DNA from: Candidatus Eiseniibacteriota bacterium
GTDB taxonomy: Bacteria > Eisenbacteria > RBG-16-71-46
NCBI GenBank assembly: GCA_044223005.1
Contig: JBGAML010000001.1
Span: forward strand, 320,001-384,000
Direction: 5' to 3'
DNA: 64,000 nucleotides
Shown: piece after piece, positions 39,139 through 48,884 of the stretch
How positions within the stretch are numbered: the first letter of the stretch is position 1
How the letters are laid out: the number at the start of each line of letters is the position of its first letter
The notes under the pieces: generated by a model
The model's database searches: none
Told to the model about the DNA's origin: nothing
What the model saw: the letters and a program-made list of their open reading frames with translations, nothing else
Translations under genes and position numbers: made by a program

Positions 39139-39765
39139 ATGAGCCCCGATCCTCGTGGCGCCTGGCGCGCCGTCTCGCTCGTCGCGTTTCTCGTCTGCAC
39201 GTTCGCCGCCGCGCTCTACCCGCTCTGGGCCACGTCGTGGTCCGGAGCGGACGTCCGCTCGTTCGACGTGCGCGAAGGCTCGTCGATCACGCTGCTCGGC
39301 CTCACGTGGACGCACGCGTCGCCGCTCGCGCACGAGGTCGGCCCGGTGCACCTCGCGCCGGCGATGAACCCCGTGCGCGTGCTGGCGCACGTCGGCTTCT
39401 CGCCGCTCGCGGCCGGGCGCCCGACGTGCCGCGTCGCCATGCGCGACGACGCCGGGAACGTGCTGTGGTCGGAAGCGCACGGCTTCGGTGCCGGCACCTC
39501 CAATCGCAACGCCCGGCGCGCGAACACGGCGACGGTGCCGATCTCGACGTTCGCGGTCGCGCGCGAGGGCGACTACACGTTCGCCGTCGACGTGGACGCG
39601 CGCCGTGACGACGCGATCCAGGACCTGCGGCTCGAGGTGCGGCGCAACGTGGCGTCGGTCGACTGGCGGCTGGAGCTTCCGCTCGCCGTGCTCGCGCTGG
39701 TTGCGCTGGGTGGCGTGCTCGCCACGGCGCCTTCGCGCACCGGACCGATGCGCCGCGCGGCCTGA
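39139..39765 (+). CDS. hypothetical membrane protein
   Basis: N- and C-terminal TM segments around a beta-rich domain. Confidence 0.6.
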   Translation: MSPDPRGAWRAVSLVAFLVCTFAAALYPLWATSWSGADVRSFDVREGSSITLLGLTWTHASPLAHEVGPVHLAPAMNPVRVLAHVGFSPLAAGRPTCRVAMRDDAGNVLWSEAHGFGAGTSNRNARRANTATVPISTFAVAREGDYTFAVDVDARRDDAIQDLRLEVRRNVASVDWRLELPLAVLALVALGGVLATAPSRTGPMRRAA

Positions 39766-39807
39766 ACGCTGCGCGCCGTTCGCGGTCGGCCGAACCGCGA
39801 TGACCGT

Positions 39808-39863
39808 TTGACCGTTGCCACATACCACCGGATCCGGATCCGGTCATATATGGCAATGGTCAA
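39808..39863. repeat. 56-bp palindrome family, copy 1
   Basis: TTGACCGTTGCCACATACCACCGGATCC|GGATCCGGTCATATATGGCAATGGTCAA, 24/28 arm symmetry. Confidence 0.9.
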
Positions 39864-39926
39864 GCCCAGCGTTGCAGGGAGAATGACCGCGCACACCTCC
39901 GCGGCGTGCGCGCGACCCGGCACCGA

Positions 39927-41135
39927 CTACCCCAGCCGCTCCCACACGCGCACGGCGCACTCGCGGGCTCGCGCGGCGACTTCCTTCTCGTCCACGCTCA
40001 CGATCACGCCGTTGTCCATCACCACCGTGCCGGCCACCATCGCGCCCGCGACCGGCGCGCGCAGGAGTCCGTTCCAGAGGTGCGACGCGAGCGTGCGCGT
40101 GGTGAGCGGCGACGCGGGGCGGTAGTCGACGAGGATCAGGTCGGCGGGCGCGCCGGGATGGATGTGGCCCAGCTCCTCGCCGAAATGGTCCGTCGCCCAG
40201 CGCGCGCCGGCGAGGAACAGCCGGCGGTACTGCGCGTCGGCCATGCCCGGCTGCATCGCGCCGTCCGGCAGCGGCGGCGCGTTGACGCCGTCGTCGCTGC
40301 CCCACGCCACTTCGGTCTCGCGCACCAGCGCGTTCGCGGTGCCGACGCCGGTCGCGCAGAGCGAGTCGCCGCGCTCGCGCACGGCGCCGACCAGGTCGCG
40401 CGGCGCGCGTTCGGCGTGCGCCCAGAGCGCCGGCAGCGCCGTGTCGGGCAGCGCGTCGGGGCGCGTCCAGCGCTCGGCGGGCGTCAGGTCGAGCGCGAGG
40501 TCCACGTGCACCGCGAGCCCGCCGGCGCTCTCCATCGCTTCGGCGAGCAGCGTCTCGATGCCGCGCAGGCTCGTCGCCTGCACGCCGAGCATGCCGCGCA
40601 GCCGGCCGCGGCGCGTGCGCTCGAGGTCGCGCGCGAAGCCCACGCACTCGTCGATCGCCGCGCGGCGCTCGAGCGGCGTGTCGTCCTCGGCCGCGCCGTA
40701 GCAGGTGGCCACGCGTACGCCGACGCGATCCGCGGCGCCGATCACCTCGGCGAGCGAGAGGTCGAGGCACGCGCCCGAACGATGGAAGTCCACCACCGTC
40801 GTCACACCGTGGCGCACGCCTTCCACCAGAGCCGCCTTCACGGCCCAGTTCACGTCCTCGGCCGACAGCGCGCGATCGTAGCGGCGCCATTCGGCCGGCG
40901 AGCGCAGGTCGAGCCCGCGCGCCAGGTGCCGCGCGAGATGCGCGTGCGTGTTGACGAAGCCCGGCATCAGCACGCGACCGCGCGCCGGCCAGAGCGTCTC
41001 GTCGGGATACGCGGCCGCGAGATCGCCCAGCGTGCCCAAGTTGGCGATGTGCGCGCCGACGATCCGGACCGCGCCGTTCTCGTACACCTGCGGCTCCGGG
41101 CCGCCCGTCACCACGATGCACGGCCCGACGATCAC
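39927..41135 (-). CDS. amidohydrolase family protein (SsnA/deaminase-like, divergent)
   Basis: MPGFVNTHAH, GVTTVVD, GHIHPGAPADLI; GTG start overlapping upstream stop. Confidence 0.82.
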   Translation of the reverse strand: MIVGPCIVVTGGPEPQVYENGAVRIVGAHIANLGTLGDLAAAYPDETLWPARGRVLMPGFVNTHAHLARHLARGLDLRSPAEWRRYDRALSAEDVNWAVKAALVEGVRHGVTTVVDFHRSGACLDLSLAEVIGAADRVGVRVATCYGAAEDDTPLERRAAIDECVGFARDLERTRRGRLRGMLGVQATSLRGIETLLAEAMESAGGLAVHVDLALDLTPAERWTRPDALPDTALPALWAHAERAPRDLVGAVRERGDSLCATGVGTANALVRETEVAWGSDDGVNAPPLPDGAMQPGMADAQYRRLFLAGARWATDHFGEELGHIHPGAPADLILVDYRPASPLTTRTLASHLWNGLLRAPVAGAMVAGTVVMDNGVIVSVDEKEVAARARECAVRVWERLG

Positions 41136-42496
41136 GTGCGCGCCCTTTGGCCCGTGCGATCGAGCAGCGCGAGTCCCTCGCGCCGCGCGTCGGCCACCAC
41201 GTCGAGCGGATCCATCGTCTTCCACTCGCCCCAATCGTAGAGCACCTTGCCCGCCACCATCGTCATCGTGACGTCGCTCGAGTTCGCACCGTGGACGAGC
41301 GCCGTGTACGGCTGCTCCTCGCCGAACGGCGCGCAGCGCGGCGTCGAGACGTCCACGCAGCAGACGTCGGCCTGCTTGCCCGGCTCCAGCGAGCCGATCT
41401 GGTCGAACATCCCGAGCGCCCGCGCGCCGTCGCAGGTGGCGAGCGCGACCACGTCGCGCGCGGGCATCGGCGCGTCGCGGTGCAGCACGCGCGTGATGCC
41501 GCCCGCGATGCCCATCTCGACGAACGTGTCGAGCCGGTCGTTGCACGCGCCGCCGTCGGCGCCCAGGCCGCAGCGGATGCCGTGCTCGCGCCACGCCTTC
41601 ACGTCGGCGAGGCCCGAGGCGAGCTTCAGGTTCGAGCCCGGGCAGTGCACCAGCGCCGCGTCGGCCGCCTTCATCATGCGCATCTCGTCCTCGTCGAGCC
41701 ACACGCCGTGCGCGCCCACGAACCGCTCGCACAGCACGCCGTGCTCCACGAAGTAGGGCGCCGCGTGCTTGCCCTTGGCCGACTTCACCTCGGCGCCTTC
41801 GGTCGGCGCCTCGGCGATGTGCGTGTGGATCAGCATGCCGCGCTCGCGCGACATGGCCGCGACGTCGTTCCAGAGCCCCTCGCTGCACGAGAGGATGAAC
41901 CGCGGCGCCAGCGTCACGCGCAGCCGGCCGTCGCCCGCGCCGTCGAAGCGCCGGGCGAGCTTTGCGACTTCCTCGAGCTGGTCCTTCGCCGGCTGCAGCA
42001 TGCCCGTGGGCACGCCTTCGCCCGCGTCCATCAGCGCCGGGCCGAACACCGCGCGCATGCCGGTGGATTCGAGCACCTCGCCGATCACCTCGGTGTGGCG
42101 CACCGTGCCCATGTCGTTGACGCACGTGACGCCGCCGGCCACCAACTCGCAGATGCCGAGCCGCGCGGAGGCCGCGATCGATTCGGGCGTGTGCGCGTGC
42201 TCCAGCGGCCAGATGCTCTCGCGCAGCCAGCGCAGCAGGTCGCTCTGCTCGGCGAGTCCGCGGAAGAGCGTCTGGCAGAGGTGCACGTGCGCGTGCACGA
42301 AGCCCGGCGTCACGAGGCAACCGGTGGCGTCGAAGCGCTTGAGCACGGTGCCTTCGGGCAGGCGCTCGAGCGCCTGCGGCACGGCCGGTCCGACGGCGGC
42401 GATGAGGTCACCCAGGACGAGCAGGTCGCCGCGCACGACCGTGCCGGCGGCGTCCATGCACACCAGTGTCCCGCTGTGGATCAGCCACGCGTCCAC
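41132..42496 (-). CDS. 5'-deoxyadenosine / MTA-SAH deaminase-like amidohydrolase
   Basis: PGFVHAHVHLCQTLFRG, HTHIAE, AHGV, HCPGSNLKLASG, LGADG. Confidence 0.85.
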   Translation of the reverse strand: MDAWLIHSGTLVCMDAAGTVVRGDLLVLGDLIAAVGPAVPQALERLPEGTVLKRFDATGCLVTPGFVHAHVHLCQTLFRGLAEQSDLLRWLRESIWPLEHAHTPESIAASARLGICELVAGGVTCVNDMGTVRHTEVIGEVLESTGMRAVFGPALMDAGEGVPTGMLQPAKDQLEEVAKLARRFDGAGDGRLRVTLAPRFILSCSEGLWNDVAAMSRERGMLIHTHIAEAPTEGAEVKSAKGKHAAPYFVEHGVLCERFVGAHGVWLDEDEMRMMKAADAALVHCPGSNLKLASGLADVKAWREHGIRCGLGADGGACNDRLDTFVEMGIAGGITRVLHRDAPMPARDVVALATCDGARALGMFDQIGSLEPGKQADVCCVDVSTPRCAPFGEEQPYTALVHGANSSDVTMTMVAGKVLYDWGEWKTMDPLDVVADARREGLALLDRTGQRART

Positions 42497-42644
42497 ATCG
42501 CCTCCGTGCGAAACCCGAGGGGGACGGCATCCTTGCCGTCTGAAGAGCCCGCAGCAGGTTCGCCCCGCGGACGGGCGGCGTCAAGGGATTGCGTGGGGGG
42601 AGCGACGGACCGGATGCTTCGGATAAACTCCCGGCGGAGGTTGC

Positions 42645-43619
42645 ATGGGATCGGTGTTCGTTCCACGTTGGACAGCGCGCTGTCGCGACAGGCACGGTTT
42701 ATTCGCACTCGTCGCCGCGATCGCGACGATGCTCCTGCTGACGCCCGCGCGCCCGGCCGGCGCAATGATGGCGCCGCAGTTCGGGCCACCGTTCACGAAC
42801 GCGGACCATTTCGACCGGCTCGTTGGCCAAGACCGGCTCGTCATGTATGGAATCCTGATCGGGGTCCAGGATTCCGCGGGCCGAGCGATCCCATGGCAGA
42901 TCGCGACCGTCGCCGCGGATCGCGTGCTCGTGGGGCCGGCGGTTCGCGGTCCGGTTCGGGTTCTCGTTCCGGGCTGGCGACAGATGCGAGGTCGCCTGCG
43001 CCGGCAGGCCAGGTCGTCCGATCGCGACGTGCTCGTCACCGCGGCGAACGTTCAAGGGAAGTGGATCCTCGCCGACGAGTTCGAGAAGCCGTTCGACGGG
43101 CGCATGAGTGACGTCCTGGGCAGCGATTCCTACTCGGACGGTCCCGCGAATCCCTACGACGGAGCCGGCCGGCTCGTCCACCAGAGCGGCATCGTGCCCC
43201 TGCGTTGCGTCGATCGGCCCGGGTTCGAGCACGAGATCGCGGAGGCGATCAACCGGCGGCAGATCGAGAGCCTCGTCATGGCGAGCACGCTGATCGTCGT
43301 CGGGCGGCTCGAGAGCCCCTTCATGCACATCGACGATGGCACCGAGCTGCAGACGCTCGCCATCGACAGCGTACTCGCCGGGACGCGACCGCGAGCGCCC
43401 GTGCGGCTTCCATTCGACACTCGTGCCGGCATCGGCGGAGCCACCCCGCAGACCGGCATCTGGTTCCTCCGTCCCGCCAAGCCCGACGGCTGGCAGCTCG
43501 TCCATCGCGTGCGCGGCATGATCCCGCTCCGCCCCGGGCCGCGACCGATGGAGCCCGGCGACCCCGCGGCGCTGATCGCGCGCATCCGTTCGCTCGAGGC
43601 GAACCGGCGCTGGCGCTGA
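42645..43619 (+). CDS. hypothetical exported protein
   Basis: GGAGG RBS, signal-like segment; somewhat atypical codon usage. Confidence 0.55.
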   Translation: MGSVFVPRWTARCRDRHGLFALVAAIATMLLLTPARPAGAMMAPQFGPPFTNADHFDRLVGQDRLVMYGILIGVQDSAGRAIPWQIATVAADRVLVGPAVRGPVRVLVPGWRQMRGRLRRQARSSDRDVLVTAANVQGKWILADEFEKPFDGRMSDVLGSDSYSDGPANPYDGAGRLVHQSGIVPLRCVDRPGFEHEIAEAINRRQIESLVMASTLIVVGRLESPFMHIDDGTELQTLAIDSVLAGTRPRAPVRLPFDTRAGIGGATPQTGIWFLRPAKPDGWQLVHRVRGMIPLRPGPRPMEPGDPAALIARIRSLEANRRWR

Positions 43620-43669
43620 GCGCGGCGACCGCGCAGGGCCCGTGACTCCCGGCCCCGTTTTCCGTCATC

Positions 43670-44218
43670 ATGAATGCTCACCCGAGGGCCGCCCCCGTGC
43701 TCCTGCGCCGCGTCCGGTTGTTCGTCGCCTCCAGTCTCGACGGCTTCATCGCCGGTCCGGACGGCGCGCTCGACTGGCTCTTCACCGACGACGACTACGG
43801 CTACGACGCGTTCGCCGAGCAGGTCGACACCATCGTGATGGGCCGCCACACGTACGACACCGTGGCCGAGCTCCGCGAGTGGCCGTACGTGGGCAAGCAG
43901 GTCTGGGTGTTCACGCACGCGGGCGAACCGCCCACGGATCCGCGTGTCACGTTCACGCACGACGCGCCCGCGGAGTGGCTGATGGCGCGCTTCGCGGGCG
44001 ACGGACGCGACGTGGGCGTGGTCGGCGGCGGCGAGCTGATCGGCGCGTTCCTCGACGCCTCGCTCGTCGACGAGATCGAGGTCGCGCTGCATCCGGTGAT
44101 CCTCGGCCACGGCACGCCGCTCGTGCCGGCGGGCACGCGGCGCCATGCGCTGCGGCTCGTGAGCGCGAAGCCCTACCGCTCCGGGCTGCTGCTGCTGACG
44201 TACGTCGTCACGCGCTGA
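43670..44218 (+). CDS. dihydrofolate reductase / RibD C-terminal family protein
   Basis: FVASSLDGFIA, MGRHTY, VVGGGEL, VDEIEVALHPVILGHG. Confidence 0.9.
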   Translation: MNAHPRAAPVLLRRVRLFVASSLDGFIAGPDGALDWLFTDDDYGYDAFAEQVDTIVMGRHTYDTVAELREWPYVGKQVWVFTHAGEPPTDPRVTFTHDAPAEWLMARFAGDGRDVGVVGGGELIGAFLDASLVDEIEVALHPVILGHGTPLVPAGTRRHALRLVSAKPYRSGLLLLTYVVTR

Positions 44219-44306
44219 ACACGCCGCGCGTTTCCGCGCGTTTTCACGCGCGCCGGCGCGCCCGCGCCGCTAGAATGCGTCCTCCCCCAGCCAACGGAGG
44301 ATGCTC

Positions 44307-45683
44307 ATGCAGCGCGTGGTGATGAAGTTCGGCGGCACGTCGGTCGGGATCGCGTCCAACTTCGCGGAAGCGCAGGGCCTCGTGCTCGCGGCCGCGAAAC
44401 GCGACGCGAAACCGCCGGTCGTGGTCGTCAGCGCGCTGACCGGCGTCACCAACACGCTCGTCGAGTTCTGCGCCGTGCCCTCGCGCCGACTGGCGCTCGC
44501 CGGCCGGATCGAGGAGCGCCACGAGTCGTTCGCCGCCGAGATCGGCACCGGCCGCGAGCCGATCGCCGCGCTGCTCGCCGAGTGGCGCGAGAACGCGAGC
44601 CGGCTCGCGCAGTCCGGCACCCTCTCCGGCGCCGAGCGCGACCGCGTGCTCGCGTTCGGCGAGCGCTTCGCGGCCGCGCTCTTCGCGGCGGGCCTGCGCG
44701 CGCGCGGCCTCGCGGCGACCGCGATCGAGGCCGGCGAGGCCGGGCTCGTCACCGACGAGCGCTTCGGCGCCGCGCACCCGCTGCCCGAGTCCGCGGCGCG
44801 GCTCGAGCACGCGCTGGCGCCCGCGGGCGACGTCGCCGTCGTCACGGGCTTCCTCGGCCGCACGCTCGACGGACGCACCACCACGCTCGGCCGCGGCGGC
44901 TCGGACTTCTCGGCGGCCATCGTGGGCGCGGCGATCGGCGCGGACGAGATCCAGATCTGGACCGACACGAGCGGCATGCTCTCGGCCGATCCGCGGATCG
45001 TGCCCGAGGCCGCGCCCGTGCCGCGGCTCTCGTTCGCCGAGGCGAGCGAGCTCGCGTACTTCGGCGCCAAGGTGCTCCATCCCAAGACGCTCCTGCCCGC
45101 CATGGACCGCGGCATTCCCGTGCGCATCCTCAACACCGCGCGCCCCGCCGATCCCGGCTCGCGGATCACCGCCACCGCCGAACCGAGCGACGCGGCGTGG
45201 CGCGTGAAGTCGATCGCGTGCAAGAAGGGCGTCACGGCGGTCACGATCGTCTCGACGCGCATGCTGCTCGCGCACGGCTTCCTGGCGCGCGTGTTCGAGA
45301 TCTTCGGGCGCCACCACCTGGTCGTGGACCTCGTCACCACGTCCGAGGTCTCGATCTCGGTCACGCTCGACGACGCGTCGCGGCTCGACCAGGCGCTCGC
45401 CGACCTCGAGGGCGTCGGCCGCATCGAGATGCGCCAGGGGCTCGCCGTGGTCGCCGTGGTCGGCGAGGGCGCGCCCACGCGGATCGGCCTCGCCGGGCAC
45501 GTGTTCACGCTGCTGGGCGGCGTCGGGATCGGCGTCGAGATGATCTCGCAGGGCGCCTCGCGCGTGAACCTCTCCTTCGTGGTGCGCGAGGAGGATGCGG
45601 ACAAGACCGTGCGGCTCCTGCATCGCGGGCTCGGGCTGGACGCCGAGGTCGCGTCCGGCACGACGGCCGGCCGCGCGTCGTGA
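44307..45683 (+). CDS. lysC: aspartate kinase
   Basis: VMKFGGTSV, VVVSA, TTLGRGGSDFSA, ELAYFGAKVLHP, two ACT domains. Confidence 0.95.
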   Translation: MQRVVMKFGGTSVGIASNFAEAQGLVLAAAKRDAKPPVVVVSALTGVTNTLVEFCAVPSRRLALAGRIEERHESFAAEIGTGREPIAALLAEWRENASRLAQSGTLSGAERDRVLAFGERFAAALFAAGLRARGLAATAIEAGEAGLVTDERFGAAHPLPESAARLEHALAPAGDVAVVTGFLGRTLDGRTTTLGRGGSDFSAAIVGAAIGADEIQIWTDTSGMLSADPRIVPEAAPVPRLSFAEASELAYFGAKVLHPKTLLPAMDRGIPVRILNTARPADPGSRITATAEPSDAAWRVKSIACKKGVTAVTIVSTRMLLAHGFLARVFEIFGRHHLVVDLVTTSEVSISVTLDDASRLDQALADLEGVGRIEMRQGLAVVAVVGEGAPTRIGLAGHVFTLLGGVGIGVEMISQGASRVNLSFVVREEDADKTVRLLHRGLGLDAEVASGTTAGRAS

Positions 45684-46216
45684 GCGCGGCGAAGGCCGGC
45701 ACCACGCGCTGGATCGCACTGCTGCGCGGCGTGTCGCCCACCAACGCGTCGATGCCGAAGCTGAAGGTCGCGTTCGAGGCCGCGGGCTTCGTCAACGTGA
45801 AGACCGTGCTCGCGAGCGGCAACGTGGCGTTCGACGCGCGCGCGGCGTCCGAGGCGGCGCTCGAGCGCGCCGTCGAGGCCGCGATCGCGAAGTCGCTCGG
45901 GCGCACCTTCTCCACGCGGGTCCGCTCGCAGGCGGCGTTGCAGGCGCTGCTCGACGCCGATCCGTTCGCGGCGTACCGCGTGCCGGCGAACGCCAAGCGC
46001 GTCGTGTCGTTCCTGCGCGCGAAGCGCAAGCCCCTCGTCGCGCTGCCGCACGGGCGCGACGGGGCCACGATCCACGGGCTCGCCGGGCGCGAAGCGTTCA
46101 CGAGCTATCTCCCGAGCCCGAAGGGCCCGGTGTTCATGAAGCTGATCGAGGAGGCGTTCGGCGACGAGGTCACCACGCGCACCCTCGACACGGTCGCGAA
46201 GCTCGCCCGGGCCTGA
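45680..46216 (+). CDS. DUF1697 family protein
   Basis: WIALLRGVSP, VKTVLASGNVAF, DPF, TTRT. Confidence 0.8.
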   Translation: MSAAKAGTTRWIALLRGVSPTNASMPKLKVAFEAAGFVNVKTVLASGNVAFDARAASEAALERAVEAAIAKSLGRTFSTRVRSQAALQALLDADPFAAYRVPANAKRVVSFLRAKRKPLVALPHGRDGATIHGLAGREAFTSYLPSPKGPVFMKLIEEAFGDEVTTRTLDTVAKLARA

Positions 46217-46230
46217 ATCGCGCGAGGGCT

Positions 46231-46259
46231 TTGCTTCCGCGCCCCGCGCCGACTAGCTT
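46231..46259 (+). promoter_or_regulatory. putative sigma70 promoter for pabB (near-leaderless)
   Basis: TTGCTT, 17 bp, TAGCTT ending 9 nt before the ATG; no obvious SD. Confidence 0.4.
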
Positions 46260-46268
46260 CTGCGGGTC

Positions 46269-47708
46269 ATGACCCCCCGCGCCGAGCTGCCCCTGGTCCA
46301 CTCGCTCGAGCTCGCCCGCCCCCTCGCGCCGCTGCGGGCGCTGGCCGGCCTGCCGTATCCGTTCCTGCTCCATTCCTCGCTGCCCGACACGGGCACCGAC
46401 GGGCCGCGCCGCGCGCGCTGGTCGTTCTTCGGCGCCGATCCGTTCGCCGTCTTCCGCGGCGGCGATCACGCGACCGCGATCGAGACGTGGCGCCGCGTCG
46501 CCGCGCGCGCGCCGCACGCGCGCGCCGAACAGGCGCCCGGCGTGCCGTTCACCGGCGGCGCGGTCGGCTACTGGGCGTACGACTACGCGCGCCGGCTCGA
46601 GAAGATGCCCGAGCGCGCGATGAACGACCTCGGCTTGCCCGACTTCGTGATCGGGCTCTACGACGTCGTCGGCGCGTACGACCACGACACGCAGCAGACG
46701 TGGCTCTTCTCGAGCGGCCTGCCGCTCGAGGGCGAGGCCGCCGAGACGCGCGCCGCCGAACGCCTGGCGCAGCTGCGCGCGCGCATCCTCGCGCCCGGGC
46801 GCGCGCCGCTCGCGATCGAGCGCGGCGCCGCGCCGATCGTCGTGCGCGGCAACTTCAGCGAGGCGCTCTGGACCGACGCCGTGCGCGCGGCGCAGCAGTA
46901 CATCGGCCGCGGCGACATCTATCAGGCGAACCTCGCGCAGCGCTGGCGGATCGAGTGGCCCGACGCGCTCTCGCTCGCGCCCGCGCTCTACGAGTCGCTG
47001 GTGCAGGTCTCGCCCGCGCCCTACGCCGGCTACCTGCAGGCCGACGATCACGCGCTGCTGTGCGCGAGCCCCGAGCGCTTTCTCGAGCTGCGCGGCGCCT
47101 ACGTGGAGACGCGGCCCATCAAGGGCACGCGGCCGCGCGGCGCCACGCCCGCCGAGGACGAGCGCCTCGCCGCCGAACTGCTGGCGAGCGAGAAGGACCG
47201 CGCCGAGAACGTGATGATCGTCGACGTGCTCCGCAACGATCTCGGCAAGGTGTGCGAGGGCGGCACCGTCGCCACCACGGGCCTCTGCGAACTCGAGCGC
47301 TTTCCGCAGGTGCTCCACCTCACCTCGACCGTCACCGCCCGGCTGCGCGAGGGTCTCGACGCGTTCGACCTGCTGCACGCGTGCTTCCCCGGCGGCTCGA
47401 TCACCGGCGCGCCCAAGCTGCGCGCGATGGAGATCATCGAATCGCTCGAGCCCGTCCGGCGCCACGCCTACACGGGCGCGATCGGCTGGGTCGGCTGGGA
47501 CGGCGACGCGGACTGGAACATCGCGATCCGCACCGCGACCGTCACCGGGAGCGGGATCGTCTTCCACGCCGGCGGCGGCATCACCGCCGACTCCGACCCG
47601 GCGGCGGAGTATCGCGAAACGCTGGACAAGGCCGAGGGCCTGCGCGCCGCCTTCTCCCGGGTGCTCGGCGAGATCGTGATCGACGGCGGCGTCCGGACCG
47701 CACCGTGA
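46269..47708 (+). CDS. pabB: aminodeoxychorismate synthase component I
   Basis: GDIYQANL, SPERFL, TRPIKGTRPRG, KDRAENVMIVDVLRNDLG, FPGGSITGAPK, NIAIRT. Confidence 0.9.
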   Translation: MTPRAELPLVHSLELARPLAPLRALAGLPYPFLLHSSLPDTGTDGPRRARWSFFGADPFAVFRGGDHATAIETWRRVAARAPHARAEQAPGVPFTGGAVGYWAYDYARRLEKMPERAMNDLGLPDFVIGLYDVVGAYDHDTQQTWLFSSGLPLEGEAAETRAAERLAQLRARILAPGRAPLAIERGAAPIVVRGNFSEALWTDAVRAAQQYIGRGDIYQANLAQRWRIEWPDALSLAPALYESLVQVSPAPYAGYLQADDHALLCASPERFLELRGAYVETRPIKGTRPRGATPAEDERLAAELLASEKDRAENVMIVDVLRNDLGKVCEGGTVATTGLCELERFPQVLHLTSTVTARLREGLDAFDLLHACFPGGSITGAPKLRAMEIIESLEPVRRHAYTGAIGWVGWDGDADWNIAIRTATVTGSGIVFHAGGGITADSDPAAEYRETLDKAEGLRAAFSRVLGEIVIDGGVRTAP

Positions 47709-48568
47709 CGCGCCGCGCGGGCGGCGTCCGGCTGCCCGACCGCCCGGTCTGGATCGACGGCCGGATCGTCCGCGGCGAGGCCGCGACGGTGAGCGTGTTC
47801 GATCGCGGCGCGCGCGACGGCGGCGGCATCTTCGAGACGCTGCGCGTGTACGCCGGGCGGCCGTTCGCGTGGGAACGCCACATGGAGCGGCTGGTACTGG
47901 CCGCCGCCGAGCTGGGATTCCCGGTTCCGCCCGGGCCCGGGGCGCTGCGCGATGCCGTCGGCGAGCTGCTCGCCGAGGCCGGGCTGGCCGAGGCGGTCGT
48001 CCGCATCACCGTGACGCGCGGCGTCGCGGGCGGGCGGCCGACGCGCTGCGGCGCGTGGGTCGAGGCCGAGCCGCTCGGCGGCCGGCTCTGGGCCGGCACG
48101 CGCCGGGGCGCCGGCGACGCGATCGTCTCGCCGCTGGTGTTCGATCCCGGCTGGCTCGGGCGCTACAAGACGACGAGCCGCCTGGCGTGGGACCTCGCCC
48201 GCGAACAGGCGAAGGCGCTCGGCGTCGACGAAGCGCTGCTCGTCGGCCCGGGTGGCCAGGTGCTGGAAGGCGCCGCGAGCAACGTGTTCGTGTTCCGCGA
48301 CGACGAGGTGCTGACGCCCCCGCTCGCCGCCAACGTGCTTCCCGGCGTCACCCGGTCGATCGTCCTGGAGCTCTGCCGCTCGCTGGGGATCCGGCGGCGC
48401 GAGACGGCGATCGTTCGCGAGCACTTGCGCTGGGCCGAGGAGATCTTCGTCACCAACTCCGTGCAGGAAGTGCTGCCGCTGGCCTCGCTGGACGGCCGCG
48501 CCCTCCTGCCGGGCGAGGCCGCGCCCCGACTGCGCGACGCCTACCGGGCCCTCGTCGCCGCCGGCTGA
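47705..48568 (+). CDS. pabC: class IV aminotransferase, probable 4-amino-4-deoxychorismate lyase
   Basis: DRG..DG.GIFETLR, YKTTS, EGAASNVF, LPGVTR, TNS; coupled to pabB. Confidence 0.75.
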   Translation: MTRRAGGVRLPDRPVWIDGRIVRGEAATVSVFDRGARDGGGIFETLRVYAGRPFAWERHMERLVLAAAELGFPVPPGPGALRDAVGELLAEAGLAEAVVRITVTRGVAGGRPTRCGAWVEAEPLGGRLWAGTRRGAGDAIVSPLVFDPGWLGRYKTTSRLAWDLAREQAKALGVDEALLVGPGGQVLEGAASNVFVFRDDEVLTPPLAANVLPGVTRSIVLELCRSLGIRRRETAIVREHLRWAEEIFVTNSVQEVLPLASLDGRALLPGEAAPRLRDAYRALVAAG

Positions 48569-48770
48569 GCGTGGCGCGCCCGCCACGGGCGCTGCGCCGA
48601 AGCACGCACGTCGCCGGGTGGGATGGCGCAGCATCCGGACCTCGTTCCGGACGACACGAGCATGAGGGCGACCAACGGACCGTCGCTCGCGCGTGTCCTG
48701 CACGCACTTCCGGCTCAAGCCGATCGCATTCGCGCCGAAACCGGAAAGAGGCGCGCTCGAGTGCGAATCG

Positions 48771-48786
48771 TGGCATGTGGCGTGCT
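48771..48786 (+). promoter_or_regulatory. possible sigma54 (-24/-12) promoter
   Basis: TGGCATGTGGCGTGCT fits GG-N10-GC in a 300-bp intergenic region. Confidence 0.35.
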
Positions 48787-48884
48787 CATCTCACACCACA
48801 GATCCGTGCCGGCCCCTCTCCCCGGCTTCACCGATCCGCCGCGGGACAGGTTGCCGGCCAGCACGATGCCCTCGGGAGACGTTC

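Noticed and set aside
42497..42644. SAH/SAM/purine riboswitch upstream of the deaminase
   Set aside because: Only a short GACGGCA-TCCT-TGCCGTC hairpin; no recognisable aptamer consensus
44219..44306. Lysine riboswitch upstream of lysC
   Set aside because: The intergenic region is under 90 bp with a TAGAAT -10-like box ~30 bp before the start, leaving no room
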